NCBI GenBank assembly: GCA_964388265.1
Contig: CAYLXZ010000003.1
Span: 1-21,017, forward strand
DNA length: 21,017 nt
Direction: 5' to 3'
From: Candidatus Micrarchaeota archaeon
GTDB lineage: Archaea; B1Sed10-29
The first letter of the stretch is position 1; each line of letters opens with the position of its first letter. Below are positions 9,001-16,469 of this stretch, one piece after another. A program made the translations under genes and the position numbers. The notes beneath the pieces were generated by a model that saw only the letters and a list, made by a program, of their open reading frames with translations, was not told the origin of the DNA and ran no database searches.

Positions 9001-10713
9001 TAAATTAAATCCTCTTCCCCTTTCCCCTAGCCATGGTTGAACAGCGATGAAGAATGCCTGTGTTCCTTTCCAGAGATATAAGTTGAATTGACTCCATCTG
9101 GCGAACCCAGCTCCGAATCTAAGTACTCCTGCTGAGACACCACTTTTGATTGCAGTACCAATACTTCCTGAGCCACCGATGGCACCACCTACTTTTTCGG
9201 CGTAAAGACCGTAGTCTCCCGTTGCTTTCAACACATCGTCAATCTCGCTTAGACTGTCAGGATGCTCTGCTTTGAGCCATCCCTTTAAGCTATCTACATC
9301 ATCCATATCTTCCCATAGTACTTCAGGATCATCATATTTACTTGCCTCGTCAAGACTATCGAGTATTTCACCGTGTTTTCCTAGGTCTGTGGTTATACTG
9401 CTCGCGTCGCTGGCTGCATCGGCAGCATCCAGGCCTTTCTCTAATTCTAGGAAATCTACAACTGCGTCGGGAGATTCCTCATATATTGTATATTTATTCA
9501 GACCTTTTGGTTTTATTTCCAGTGCCCAGAGTCCATCATCTGTCTTTGTGATACCTTGCACTTCATCGGAGTTTTTTACTAGTTGGTTTATTACATCATC
9601 GTTACCTGCGTCGAGACCTCCTTTTAGAGCACTAGTTGCGTCCCTTGTATAATCTGATCCTTTTAACATGTACTTCGCGGCATCTAAATCGTCCCAAATA
9701 TCCATTTTCACTAGTGTTTTGGCCTTGGCACCTTTCGCGAAGCTCTTGAATCCACTTGCTTTACCAGCAGCGAATTTCCCCACCGCGCTGATTCCATCAT
9801 CCGCTAGCGCGCTTATACCTTTACTAGCTAACTTTGGAGCATTCTTTAGGGTAGAGCCAGCGTCCGCGAATGCAATTGCCATTCCAACTAATGCTACGAC
9901 ACCATAACCTGTTTCCAGTGGTCTCATCTGGTGAAGTGTTCCTATAAATTCTGAGAGGTGTTTTGGGAATATGAGAAGATCATCGTAGTGCTGGATATGG
10001 GTAGAGGTATAGTTACTTTGGATTACATTAGGAGGACTTTCAGGGTTTTTATCTTGGAAGCCACCTTCCCCTGTCCCACCTAAGTTATCTAGGACCCATT
10101 CCGAGAAACTGTCCAAGGGACCAGGTTCTTCTGGATCTAGATTTTCTGATTTTTCCCTGGCTTTCTCTATTTTTTCTTGAAGTTCTTTCTCTTCCTTATC
10201 GCTAAGGTACCCTCTTTCACATTCATCGGCTTCTCGCCCCGCGCAAACTCTAAGATTACGGTTTATCGCCGTGGTATAGGAAACAAACCCGTCTACAACT
10301 ACTTTACTAAGGTAACCTTTCTCTGGATCAGCCATTGCGTGTTTGGTGACATCATAAGGACGTACTACTTTACCTTCATTTGTAACTATATATTGGTCGC
10401 TCATCCGTTCAGCCCCAGAGATAGTTGAGACTCCGGCTTTATCGTAGTTCTGATAGTTTTCATACTCTGATTTGTCTCCAAAGCCATCTATCGTGATATT
10501 GCTTGTTTTATCGATAAGGCTCTGTACCTGTCCTGAACTTAGCTCAACTACTTCTACTATTGGATCTCCTGAGGTATCTTCGGACTCCCAGTAACGTGTC
10601 TTCGAGTTGGAGATTCTTATTGTGGCGAATGCTCCTGGTACGAATACCTGCATCACTAGAACCGTGGCTAGGGCCACTGAACTATATTTCAATATGCTCT
10701 TCATGTTACTCAT
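6019..10713 (-). CDS. Large secreted / surface-anchored protein of unknown function, 1564 aa
   Basis: N-terminal Sec-type signal peptide (MKSILKYSSVALATVLVMQVFVPGAFA) and C-terminal LPSTP-TM-RRRK tail. GAGGT RBS upstream; the stop overlaps the opposing gene's stop in CTAG 6019-6022. Confidence 0.85.
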   Translation of the reverse strand: MSNMKSILKYSSVALATVLVMQVFVPGAFATIRISNSKTRYWESEDTSGDPIVEVVELSSGQVQSLIDKTSNITIDGFGDKSEYENYQNYDKAGVSTISGAERMSDQYIVTNEGKVVRPYDVTKHAMADPEKGYLSKVVVDGFVSYTTAINRNLRVCAGREADECERGYLSDKEEKELQEKIEKAREKSENLDPEEPGPLDSFSEWVLDNLGGTGEGGFQDKNPESPPNVIQSNYTSTHIQHYDDLLIFPKHLSEFIGTLHQMRPLETGYGVVALVGMAIAFADAGSTLKNAPKLASKGISALADDGISAVGKFAAGKASGFKSFAKGAKAKTLVKMDIWDDLDAAKYMLKGSDYTRDATSALKGGLDAGNDDVINQLVKNSDEVQGITKTDDGLWALEIKPKGLNKYTIYEESPDAVVDFLELEKGLDAADAASDASSITTDLGKHGEILDSLDEASKYDDPEVLWEDMDDVDSLKGWLKAEHPDSLSEIDDVLKATGDYGLYAEKVGGAIGGSGSIGTAIKSGVSAGVLRFGAGFARWSQFNLYLWKGTQAFFIAVQPWLGERGRGFNLFEMEVRATPKRVIKQEESLDSYFEIIRSTEYLQGKGWYPAGVFENMQEWFVPNLKDMLTEKSDVQYIRSKIRENPGPGRIIALDQEGSVPEKIGGMGKNVILPVNLHGEEKWMISSQTPEKSNYYSFEHPRSYKVPGNGKRYTSLTFMVKRLDIGGLAQMKPKGDYTTKPYGNLVEMTPSTPALIGSSIFAGASGGMLGAASGLGQYGQYATLGLTGVFIAPKAWQTLTEDAAEKGYDPTYTEVVDIDEAYSRGNLCENKIEDTTASIKGAYALMATTKTLEIGTDGAGIAVAASSYAATGPVGLTVAAAQIGAAIGNYFAEKEYEREKKEGLREMKNCTETVHFGLGWSALTEPENRSQNILDEVKSQIGGSTNFNPMDSIGLGSVSQETKASLENFAAGTMISTPSLKGIIKGSSHTRLYGSELYQIHFDRDSQLDWFLNQAQDISFCTQTQGGAYRCMRKEGYSLLTNESTPIIKDAPQARGLRWDNERGILTIPQKVINIRNSTDQEELMEINPGIPDEVKFEKQQVKRTVEDLAETTRTKTLLGGLQMIRTDQAVIWNNNQETVVMFTERTGEEYGKNEIIRFPDSKIQVYRNNEIEIQDEDGDNKLGETLKVDVDGFISFDNGKLIPGRGEKEVKVNGENVTRNFDEWNHLMIYNLMDFDADDANWGGEGVTDEDGNITALKNLLGSKLNKKLSEIEDLNFSEIDGEGKGSITKEGDEIIINTPDGEKHERNTGNTEIDIQEGPNGEVQAQAYNSNTGEKIGDPINMENVDGTDTSGEKEDSFWDNQRASDLTNDMQFSQFEGADGERIWIDNGKLYVQREGMDEPKVYKIDKIAENGDILLENGKKMRVRKGENGQPLMELLNKRGQVTSSTPLLRAWGKGGMMEYKDGKISISNEFPFKLNPQFSQRGAGMQNPGMMTPKQSPWGSREQPVPQEELGAEKGKPGIAAQLPSTPTQPATLAIFIITILGGIIAIRRRKELQEKLNN

Positions 10714-11431
10714 TCTTATTACCTCTCTTCATCTTTTTTACCTTTGGGTAGAAGACCCAAATAGATGTTGCTATCACTATTATTAGTAGGATGATAGTAA
10801 CAGAGAGATTTAAGCTTGGTGTTTTTATATAGCCTTTTTCTGGTTTATCCATCCCAGAGATTGTTATTACTTCTTCCTCGATAAAACTCATGTTGGTAAT
10901 GTATGTTTCATCCTTGTAACTGCAGTTTAAGTGATGGATAAATATGTTTTCCTTTGCTTTACATTTTTCGTAATTAATTTGACTTGGTAAGATAAGTGTT
11001 TGTATTTCTTTATCTTCTCCTAACGTCCTATTTCTATATATATGGTGAATCTCTCCATCTGGCTGGGGTTTTCTAAGGTGAACGGTGACCTGTGTTTCTT
11101 TTTGAGGTTTCACTTTCCCTTGACAGTAGGTTGTTAATCTATCTTTACAGTCTATTTGGGTGTTGTTCAAACATTCTACTTCTCCTTCATCAGCGTAGCA
11201 CATTATATTTTCTGTGAATCTCAAATTAATACCTGTATTAGTGTCTATTGTGTAGCAGTACCACTCTCCTCCTTCTTCAAAGCAGTGGCTTTCTTCTGAG
11301 AGATCTGTGCTTTTTGTTGTTAAATTTTCGAGTTGTTCATTGTATTGTTGAGGGGTTTGAGACAATCCTAGAGTAAGAAGTAAGGCTAGAATTATGAAGA
11401 TCTTTACTTCTTTTCTTTCTTTAATCTTCAT
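10706..11431 (-). CDS. Secreted/membrane-anchored Cys-rich hypothetical protein (~241 aa)
   Basis: N-terminal hydrophobic signal (IFIILALLLTLGLS), eight Cys, and a C-terminal TM plus basic tail. ATG 11431 follows the upstream stop at 11434; the ORF track uses TTG 11443. Confidence 0.7.
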   Translation of the reverse strand: MKIKERKEVKIFIILALLLTLGLSQTPQQYNEQLENLTTKSTDLSEESHCFEEGGEWYCYTIDTNTGINLRFTENIMCYADEGEVECLNNTQIDCKDRLTTYCQGKVKPQKETQVTVHLRKPQPDGEIHHIYRNRTLGEDKEIQTLILPSQINYEKCKAKENIFIHHLNCSYKDETYITNMSFIEEEVITISGMDKPEKGYIKTPSLNLSVTIILLIIVIATSIWVFYPKVKKMKRGNKNE

Positions 11432-11433
11432 TT

Positions 11434-11949
11434 TTACATCCAAAGGAGATTACCTCCATGGAACTGTAAGAATACAATAATTATAAAGTATAGAATTACC
11501 CATATCAGGAGGTTCATAAGGTAAATTACAATCAATAATGAGATTGGGAAAGGCATCTCCCATCTCTCAGTCATCTTCCTGTGAACTCTCTTTCCTAAGA
11601 GGTAGATTAAGTATCCTAGGATTCCTGTGAAGACTATCCATCGGACTAAACCGAATAAATCAGTGGTGAACGCGTTTCCCATGACTACGTACCATAAACG
11701 GATGAATATCCAGAAACATAGATTCACAGTGAACGCGGTGAGGAACTCCTGCTTCCATTTACGCCACTCCGACCACTTTTCCTCCACCTTTTGAAGCAAG
11801 AATTTACCAAAGTAAAGGAAGGGGTAAGCGAAGAGAGTTGTTATAAGAGAGAGTACGAGTAGGGTAGTGATTGGATTAGTGGGACTTTCCACGAAGAGGT
11901 ACAGGAATAGATATCCTAAAGGATTTTCAATTATGAGTGGTAAGACCAT
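11434..11949 (-). CDS. Hypothetical polytopic membrane protein, 171 aa
   Basis: Four to five hydrophobic helices with an internal duplication; TTTAAA 23-28 nt upstream of the start. Confidence 0.75.
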   Translation of the reverse strand: MVLPLIIENPLGYLFLYLFVESPTNPITTLLVLSLITTLFAYPFLYFGKFLLQKVEEKWSEWRKWKQEFLTAFTVNLCFWIFIRLWYVVMGNAFTTDLFGLVRWIVFTGILGYLIYLLGKRVHRKMTERWEMPFPISLLIVIYLMNLLIWVILYFIIIVFLQFHGGNLLWM

Positions 11950-12025
11950 ATTTCTTAAAACGTGGACATCGTTTAAATAAAGTGTGGTTATTTATTATAA
12001 GTGAAGGATACAGGTAAGGATAACC
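11950..12025. promoter_or_regulatory. Divergent promoter region
   Basis: 76-nt AT-rich gap between divergent genes, with TTTAAA at 11972-11977 (for the minus-strand gene) and TTATAA at 11995-12000 (for the plus-strand gene). Confidence 0.5.
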
Positions 12026-13495
12026 ATGATTAATCTACTTGGAATGGAACTCAGTTTATTCTGGCTGGCCTTAAACGCCGTTGCTCTACTCGGAGCAGTT
12101 AGCTACGGGTACCTAATCCTAAGATTCAACTTCCCAGACATAAGAATGCTATCAGACCAAATGAAATTCGGACTAGCAGCCACTCTTGGACTGATAATAG
12201 TAATACCATCTCTCTTATCATCTGTATTCATCTTCCAGAACTCACTGTACTCATTCTCCATCGCAGCAGCACTAGCAGGAGCACTGACCCTGGTGCTGAA
12301 AGCATGGGTCGCCTACACCTCCACAGGAAAATCCAAAGTAGCCATGCCCGTTGCCAGAGGACCAAAACCACAGCCAGCGGAAAAAGTAAAAAAGAAAATC
12401 GAGAAGAAGGAACCTGAAGAAAAAGCAGAAAAAGAAATCGAGGAACTAGAAGAATTCGAAGAACCAGAAAAAGAAGAAAAACCCGAAAAGGAAGAAGAAC
12501 CAGAGATAAAACCAGAGAAAGAAAAAGAGAAACTAAAAGAACTTAGAGAGAAAAAGAAACCAAAAGAAGCTAAGGAAGAAGAGGAGAAACCCGAAGAGGA
12601 AAAACCTGAAGAAAAAGAGGAAAAAGAAGAAGTGAAAGAAAAGCCAAAGGAAGAACCCGAAGTCAAGGAAACTGAAGAAGAGAAACCTGAGATCGAGAAA
12701 CCCAAAGTAAAGAAGACAGAAAAAGAGGAAAAACCTGAAGAAAAAGAAAAAGGTAAAGAAGAGGAGGGGGAACCAGAGATAAAGCCAGAGGAAGAAAAAG
12801 AAAAACTCAAAAAGTTAAGAGAAAAAAGAAGAAGAGAAGAAGAGGAACCCGTGGAAATCGAAGAAGAAAAACCAGAAGAGGAGAAGAAAGGAACGCTAGG
12901 CAAACTCAAAGAAAAGATAGTAGGCGGAGAAAAAGAAAGACCAGAGAGAAGACCAAGAAGAAAGAAAGAACCAAAGAAGAAATCTAAAGGAAGAAAAAGA
13001 TACCTCAAACACAGAAGAGAAAAAGAGGAAGAAGAAGGAAAAGGATCACAGTACCTTAGCTACATGGAAGAAGCCGAAGAAGAAGTATCAGGAAAAGTAA
13101 AATCCGAAGAAGTGAAGGAAAAAACCTCGGAAGAAAGCCTAGGAGAACTACCCTCACTAGAACCTGAAGGCGAGGAAGAGGAAACATCCCTAGGAGACCT
13201 AGGGGACCTAGGAGAAGAAGACGTAGAAGGAAGCGTAACAGGAGAACTAGAGGACATCGCAGGAATAAGCGAAGAAAAAGAAGTAGAAGAAGAAACCAAG
13301 GAAGAGAAAGAAGAGAAAGAAGAAGGATGCCCGAACTGCGGAGCCAAAAACACCACAGTAATATACTGCCCGAACTGCGGGTCAGGAGTATGCAGCAACT
13401 GCGCAGAACAGATAAAGTCAGCTGGAAAATTCATAACCTACAAATGCCCAAAATGCGGAAAACAAATACTTGTAAAGAAAGAAGAAAAAGAATAA
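12026..13495 (+). CDS. Membrane-anchored Glu/Lys-rich low-complexity protein with C-terminal 4xCxxC zinc-binding module, 489 aa
   Basis: Three N-terminal TM helices, about 320 aa of E/K/P-rich sequence, then CPNC-x9-CPNC-x4-CSNC-x14-CPKC. Confidence 0.85.
   Translation: MINLLGMELSLFWLALNAVALLGAVSYGYLILRFNFPDIRMLSDQMKFGLAATLGLIIVIPSLLSSVFIFQNSLYSFSIAAALAGALTLVLKAWVAYTSTGKSKVAMPVARGPKPQPAEKVKKKIEKKEPEEKAEKEIEELEEFEEPEKEEKPEKEEEPEIKPEKEKEKLKELREKKKPKEAKEEEEKPEEEKPEEKEEKEEVKEKPKEEPEVKETEEEKPEIEKPKVKKTEKEEKPEEKEKGKEEEGEPEIKPEEEKEKLKKLREKRRREEEEPVEIEEEKPEEEKKGTLGKLKEKIVGGEKERPERRPRRKKEPKKKSKGRKRYLKHRREKEEEEGKGSQYLSYMEEAEEEVSGKVKSEEVKEKTSEESLGELPSLEPEGEEEETSLGDLGDLGEEDVEGSVTGELEDIAGISEEKEVEEETKEEKEEKEEGCPNCGAKNTTVIYCPNCGSGVCSNCAEQIKSAGKFITYKCPKCGKQILVKKEEKE
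12497..12830 (+). repeat. Intragenic degenerate direct repeat (~60 nt, copies at ~12497 and ~12770)
   Basis: gaaccagagataaaaccagagaaagaaaaagagaaact vs gaaccagagataaagccagaggaagaaaaagaaaaact; protein EPEIKPEKEKEKLKELREKK vs EPEIKPEEEKEKLKKLREKR. Confidence 0.7.
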
Positions 13496-14053
13496 CTAAT
13501 CCTTCTTAGCTCTCTTAGTGACATAAGGAAAAGCAAACTTATCTCCAGACAGATGAAGAGGCGGCCTAACCATATCCACCTTCAAGTTACCGTCTTCGTC
13601 AATGTTATCTTCGTCCACATGGATCTTTCTAACTTCCCCGATGATCTGAATATGGTCTCCTTCCTTTTTAGCTTTCTTAACCATACACTCCATACTCACA
13701 GGGCACTCGGACAGTAGAGGAGGTGCCACGAGATCGCTTTCCTCTGTTTCAAGATCAGCTTCCTCTATCTTGGATTTCTCTTCATCCCAGTCCCCTCCAG
13801 TTGTCCATACCTTGTCGAGCATGTCTTCTGTGGGTATGTTGATCACGAACTCTTCTTTCTGGGTTATGCTCCAGTAGCTATGTTTCTTAGGTCCTACTGA
13901 AATCATTAATAATGGAGGGTCGAATGATATTGGTCCGTTGAAGGAGAATGGTGATACATCTGCTCTTCCTCTCTTGCTTACAGTGGTAACTAGCAGAGTA
14001 GGTCTTGGAACCAGGAGTTTATGGAAGTCTCGGTTATCTACATCTATCTCCAT
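13496..14053 (-). CDS. Flavin reductase-like FMN-binding protein (flavoredoxin / DIM6-NTAB family)
   Basis: PRPTLLVTT, SPFSF, PPLLMISV, EFVINIP, ECPVSMEC and GDHIQIIGEV motifs are typical of the family. Confidence 0.92.
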   Translation of the reverse strand: MEIDVDNRDFHKLLVPRPTLLVTTVSKRGRADVSPFSFNGPISFDPPLLMISVGPKKHSYWSITQKEEFVINIPTEDMLDKVWTTGGDWDEEKSKIEEADLETEESDLVAPPLLSECPVSMECMVKKAKKEGDHIQIIGEVRKIHVDEDNIDEDGNLKVDMVRPPLHLSGDKFAFPYVTKRAKKD

Positions 14054-14054
14054 T

Positions 14055-14414
14055 TTAACCCATCCAGATATTTTCCTCTATCTCTACCTCTACTCCTTTG
14101 TCTTCGAGGATAACGTCTCTTATCTCTCCTTCTCCCACGTATTCAACCTGTAGCCTTACTGCGAGAGCTTCCTCTTCATCGAATAAGGTATCTATCTTCT
14201 GGTAGAATTCTTTCTTGGATTTTACTTCCGCGACTACTCCTTTGGATTCTGGTGTGATATCTTTCTTGCCTTCTTGGGTTATGAATATGTCTTCTCCTTC
14301 CTTTGTTTTTCCAGCTATCTCCACGTTGTCTGATGTTATTAACTCGAATGTGTGTAGTTCGTTCTGTCTTAATTTCTTTATTGTTTCTTTTTTTATTCCG
14401 GTTAGGGTTTTCAT
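14055..14414 (-). CDS. DUF473-family archaeal protein
   Basis: N-terminal LTGIKKETIKKL...TFELITSDN and IFIT...DITP...GVVAEV resemble DUF473; lies directly downstream of a PAC2 gene; GGTGA RBS. Confidence 0.7.
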   Translation of the reverse strand: MKTLTGIKKETIKKLRQNELHTFELITSDNVEIAGKTKEGEDIFITQEGKKDITPESKGVVAEVKSKKEFYQKIDTLFDEEEALAVRLQVEYVGEGEIRDVILEDKGVEVEIEENIWMG

Positions 14415-14423
14415 TTTATCACC

Positions 14424-15167
14424 TTAGCTGTACATGGGGGAGGGAGCGGTTTCGGATGATTCTTTGTATTTGTTCTTGGCTTTCTTCATTCTTTTAACCA
14501 TCTTCTTCATCTTGCCTTCTATGTCTTTGGCTTCTTCTCTTAGTTCCTCGGTGTCTACGTCTATGTCTAGGAGTTCGTTTAGTTTTTCCACGAGGTCTGC
14601 TGCTGCTTCTGGGTCAGGGAGGTTTCTTCTTGATTCTACGAGCAGGCTCATTGTTGGGAAGTCTTTCTCCGCGGCTTTTGCGATCAGTTGACCTGATACA
14701 CCCATTGCTGCTCCTTCTTTTATTAGTGGAACGTCGTGGTCTTTTAGGTAGTTTTTCAGGTTGTCTTGGGATACTATTCCGTGTACGCCTTTCTTTTCTT
14801 CTTTCTTTTGGGTGGTTGCCATTCCTCCGATGGATATTATTTTCTTGAGTTTTTGTTCTTCTGCGAATTCAAGTATCTTTCCGGATAATTGATGGATCAC
14901 TTCATTTGGAACTATTAGCTCTCCCATTAGTAGGGCTATTTTCTTGCTTGGGTGTTTGAATATTCTTACTGGGAAGTAGGGTTTTCCTTCGTGGATTGGG
15001 GTTACTGGTGGGAATTCTTCGGAGTATACGTATCCTACTGGCTTCATTTCTTCTTTTTCAACCAGGTAGCTTGATGCGATTGTTCCTACTAGTCCTATTC
15101 CTGGAAATCCTTCGATTAACACGTGGTCGCTTAAGTCAACGTCTTCTGTGAGTTTTATTTCAACCAT
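14424..15167 (-). CDS. Proteasome assembly chaperone (PAC2) family protein, PbaA-like
   Basis: EGFPGIGLVGTIA, FPP, PVRIF, PDPEAAA and LREEAKDIE motifs; C-terminal HbYX motif MYS. Confidence 0.92.
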   Translation of the reverse strand: MVEIKLTEDVDLSDHVLIEGFPGIGLVGTIASSYLVEKEEMKPVGYVYSEEFPPVTPIHEGKPYFPVRIFKHPSKKIALLMGELIVPNEVIHQLSGKILEFAEEQKLKKIISIGGMATTQKKEEKKGVHGIVSQDNLKNYLKDHDVPLIKEGAAMGVSGQLIAKAAEKDFPTMSLLVESRRNLPDPEAAADLVEKLNELLDIDVDTEELREEAKDIEGKMKKMVKRMKKAKNKYKESSETAPSPMYS

Positions 15168-15310
15168 CTTTATCTTATTTATGTCGCTAAAACCTCTTCC
15201 TTTGAGGAGAGGATACAGCGTTCTTATTACATAATTAGTAATGGTAAATATATAAAGGGCAGGGATATATGAAAAATATAGTAGTTAAAGGTTGGTAGTT
15301 TGGTTGGGAT

Positions 15311-16417
15311 TTATCTCTTTGCCTTGAGGAGGTTTTTTCCTTTAGGGAGGAGAGGGATTGAGGCTATGTTTCTTGATGCGTTTAGATCAGCGTTAAGTTC
15401 AAAACCACACTCCTTACATTTAAACTCTCTTCTTTCCCTATTTTCTCTATCTTTGTAACCGCATTTAGAGCAAATTTGTGAAGTATATTTAGGGTTAACT
15501 TCTTTTATTGGGACTCCTTCCTCTTCTGCCTTATATTTAATTTTGTCTATTAGGTCTCGGAACCTCCAAGAGTGAATCTCTCTGTTAAATTCTCTTCCTT
15601 TATCTTCTTCTCTTATTTTTTCTAGTTTTTCTATTGCTATTCCATATTTGTATTTCTTGGCTAGTTCAACTACTTCTTTTGAGATTTTGTGGTTGATGTC
15701 ATTAGAGTAGTTTGTTTCTTTGTTGAAGATGTCTTTTAGTGCTCTCCAATGGTCATTTTCCCCTGTTTTTTCTTCTTGTAGGTGTTTTCTTTTCTCTCTA
15801 TATTCTTTTCTTCTTTCTCTTAGTTTTTTTCCATTATAGAATTTGTTGATTTTCCCTTTTGGATCTGATAACACTAATAAATGCTTAATTCCTAGGTCAA
15901 CGCCAAACCACCCCTTGGGTTCGTATTCTTCTTCGCAAGGTATCTTAAAGGCGATGTAGATAAACCAGTTGTTTTCTTTTTTCTTGAGAACGGCGTTACC
16001 GTATCCGTTGTTGAATAGTTTTTTGAATTTGCTGGGTATTATGAATGGAAGCCACTCTTTCTTTCCTTGTAGTAGTGGTAGTTGTATGAAGTGGCTGTTG
16101 ATTTCTATGAATCTTTTCTTGAAGCTCATTGAGTCTTCCTTATATTTTGACATTCCGTTTGATCGGTATATTTGTATGGCTCTGTTCATTGCTTCTTGTA
16201 CTGTTTCAGAGTATAGTTTTGGGTATTTTTCTCTTACTTTTTTGTATCCATGGCGGTGGGTGTTTCCTCTATTTGGGTATTCTCCCATTTCGTCTATTAT
16301 TTCGAGCCAGAGATTAATGGCTCCTTTGAATTTTTTTACTGCTTTTTTCATTGTTTCTTCTTTGTTTTTGTTTGGTTCCCTTAACTTGAATTTATAATAC
16401 CTTTTTTGCGTAACCAT
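15311..16417 (-). CDS. tnpB: RNA-guided endonuclease TnpB (IS200/IS605 family), ~368 aa
   Basis: RuvC-I GVDLG, RuvC-II IAIEKL, zinc finger CSKC/CKEC and RuvC-III NADLNASRNI, with all three catalytic acidic residues present. Start placed at ATG 16417 (MVTQKRYYKFKL), 23-30 nt downstream of TTTAAATA. Confidence 0.93.
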   Translation of the reverse strand: MVTQKRYYKFKLREPNKNKEETMKKAVKKFKGAINLWLEIIDEMGEYPNRGNTHRHGYKKVREKYPKLYSETVQEAMNRAIQIYRSNGMSKYKEDSMSFKKRFIEINSHFIQLPLLQGKKEWLPFIIPSKFKKLFNNGYGNAVLKKKENNWFIYIAFKIPCEEEYEPKGWFGVDLGIKHLLVLSDPKGKINKFYNGKKLRERRKEYREKRKHLQEEKTGENDHWRALKDIFNKETNYSNDINHKISKEVVELAKKYKYGIAIEKLEKIREEDKGREFNREIHSWRFRDLIDKIKYKAEEEGVPIKEVNPKYTSQICSKCGYKDRENRERREFKCKECGFELNADLNASRNIASIPLLPKGKNLLKAKR

Positions 16418-16439
16418 ATTGTTATTGTGGATAGTAAGA

Positions 16440-16449
16440 TATTTAAAGA
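16440..16449. promoter_or_regulatory. Putative bidirectional TATA box for tnpB (-) and omegaRNA (+)
   Basis: TATTTAAAGA reads TTTAAATA on - and TTTAAAGA on +; the spacing fits a leaderless tnpB mRNA and a + strand start near 16470. Confidence 0.5.
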
Positions 16450-16469
16450 TGTAGGGGAATAATGTATTA

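Noticed and set aside
5693..9907. Many short overlapping ORFs around the giant gene (e.g. 5693-6208 -, 6089-6535 +, 9272-9652 +)
   Set aside because: Antisense or alternate-frame products of strongly skewed coding DNA, with no motifs or translation signals.
12400..13330. GAA-rich repeats as a CRISPR array or satellite
   Set aside because: No constant repeat with unique spacers; explained by Glu/Lys codons.
12313..13434. Ser/Phe-rich minus-strand ORFs (231 and 124 aa)
   Set aside because: Antisense shadows of the GAA/AAA-rich coding strand.
15269..15298. Mini-ORF MKNIVVKGW* after a TATATAAA inside the left end
   Set aside because: Only 9 codons; it could be a relic start but cannot be supported.
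15311..16417. Calling the nuclease Cas12f/Cas14
   Set aside because: No CRISPR array or cas1/cas2/cas4 in the window, and it is flanked by IS200/IS605-type ends.
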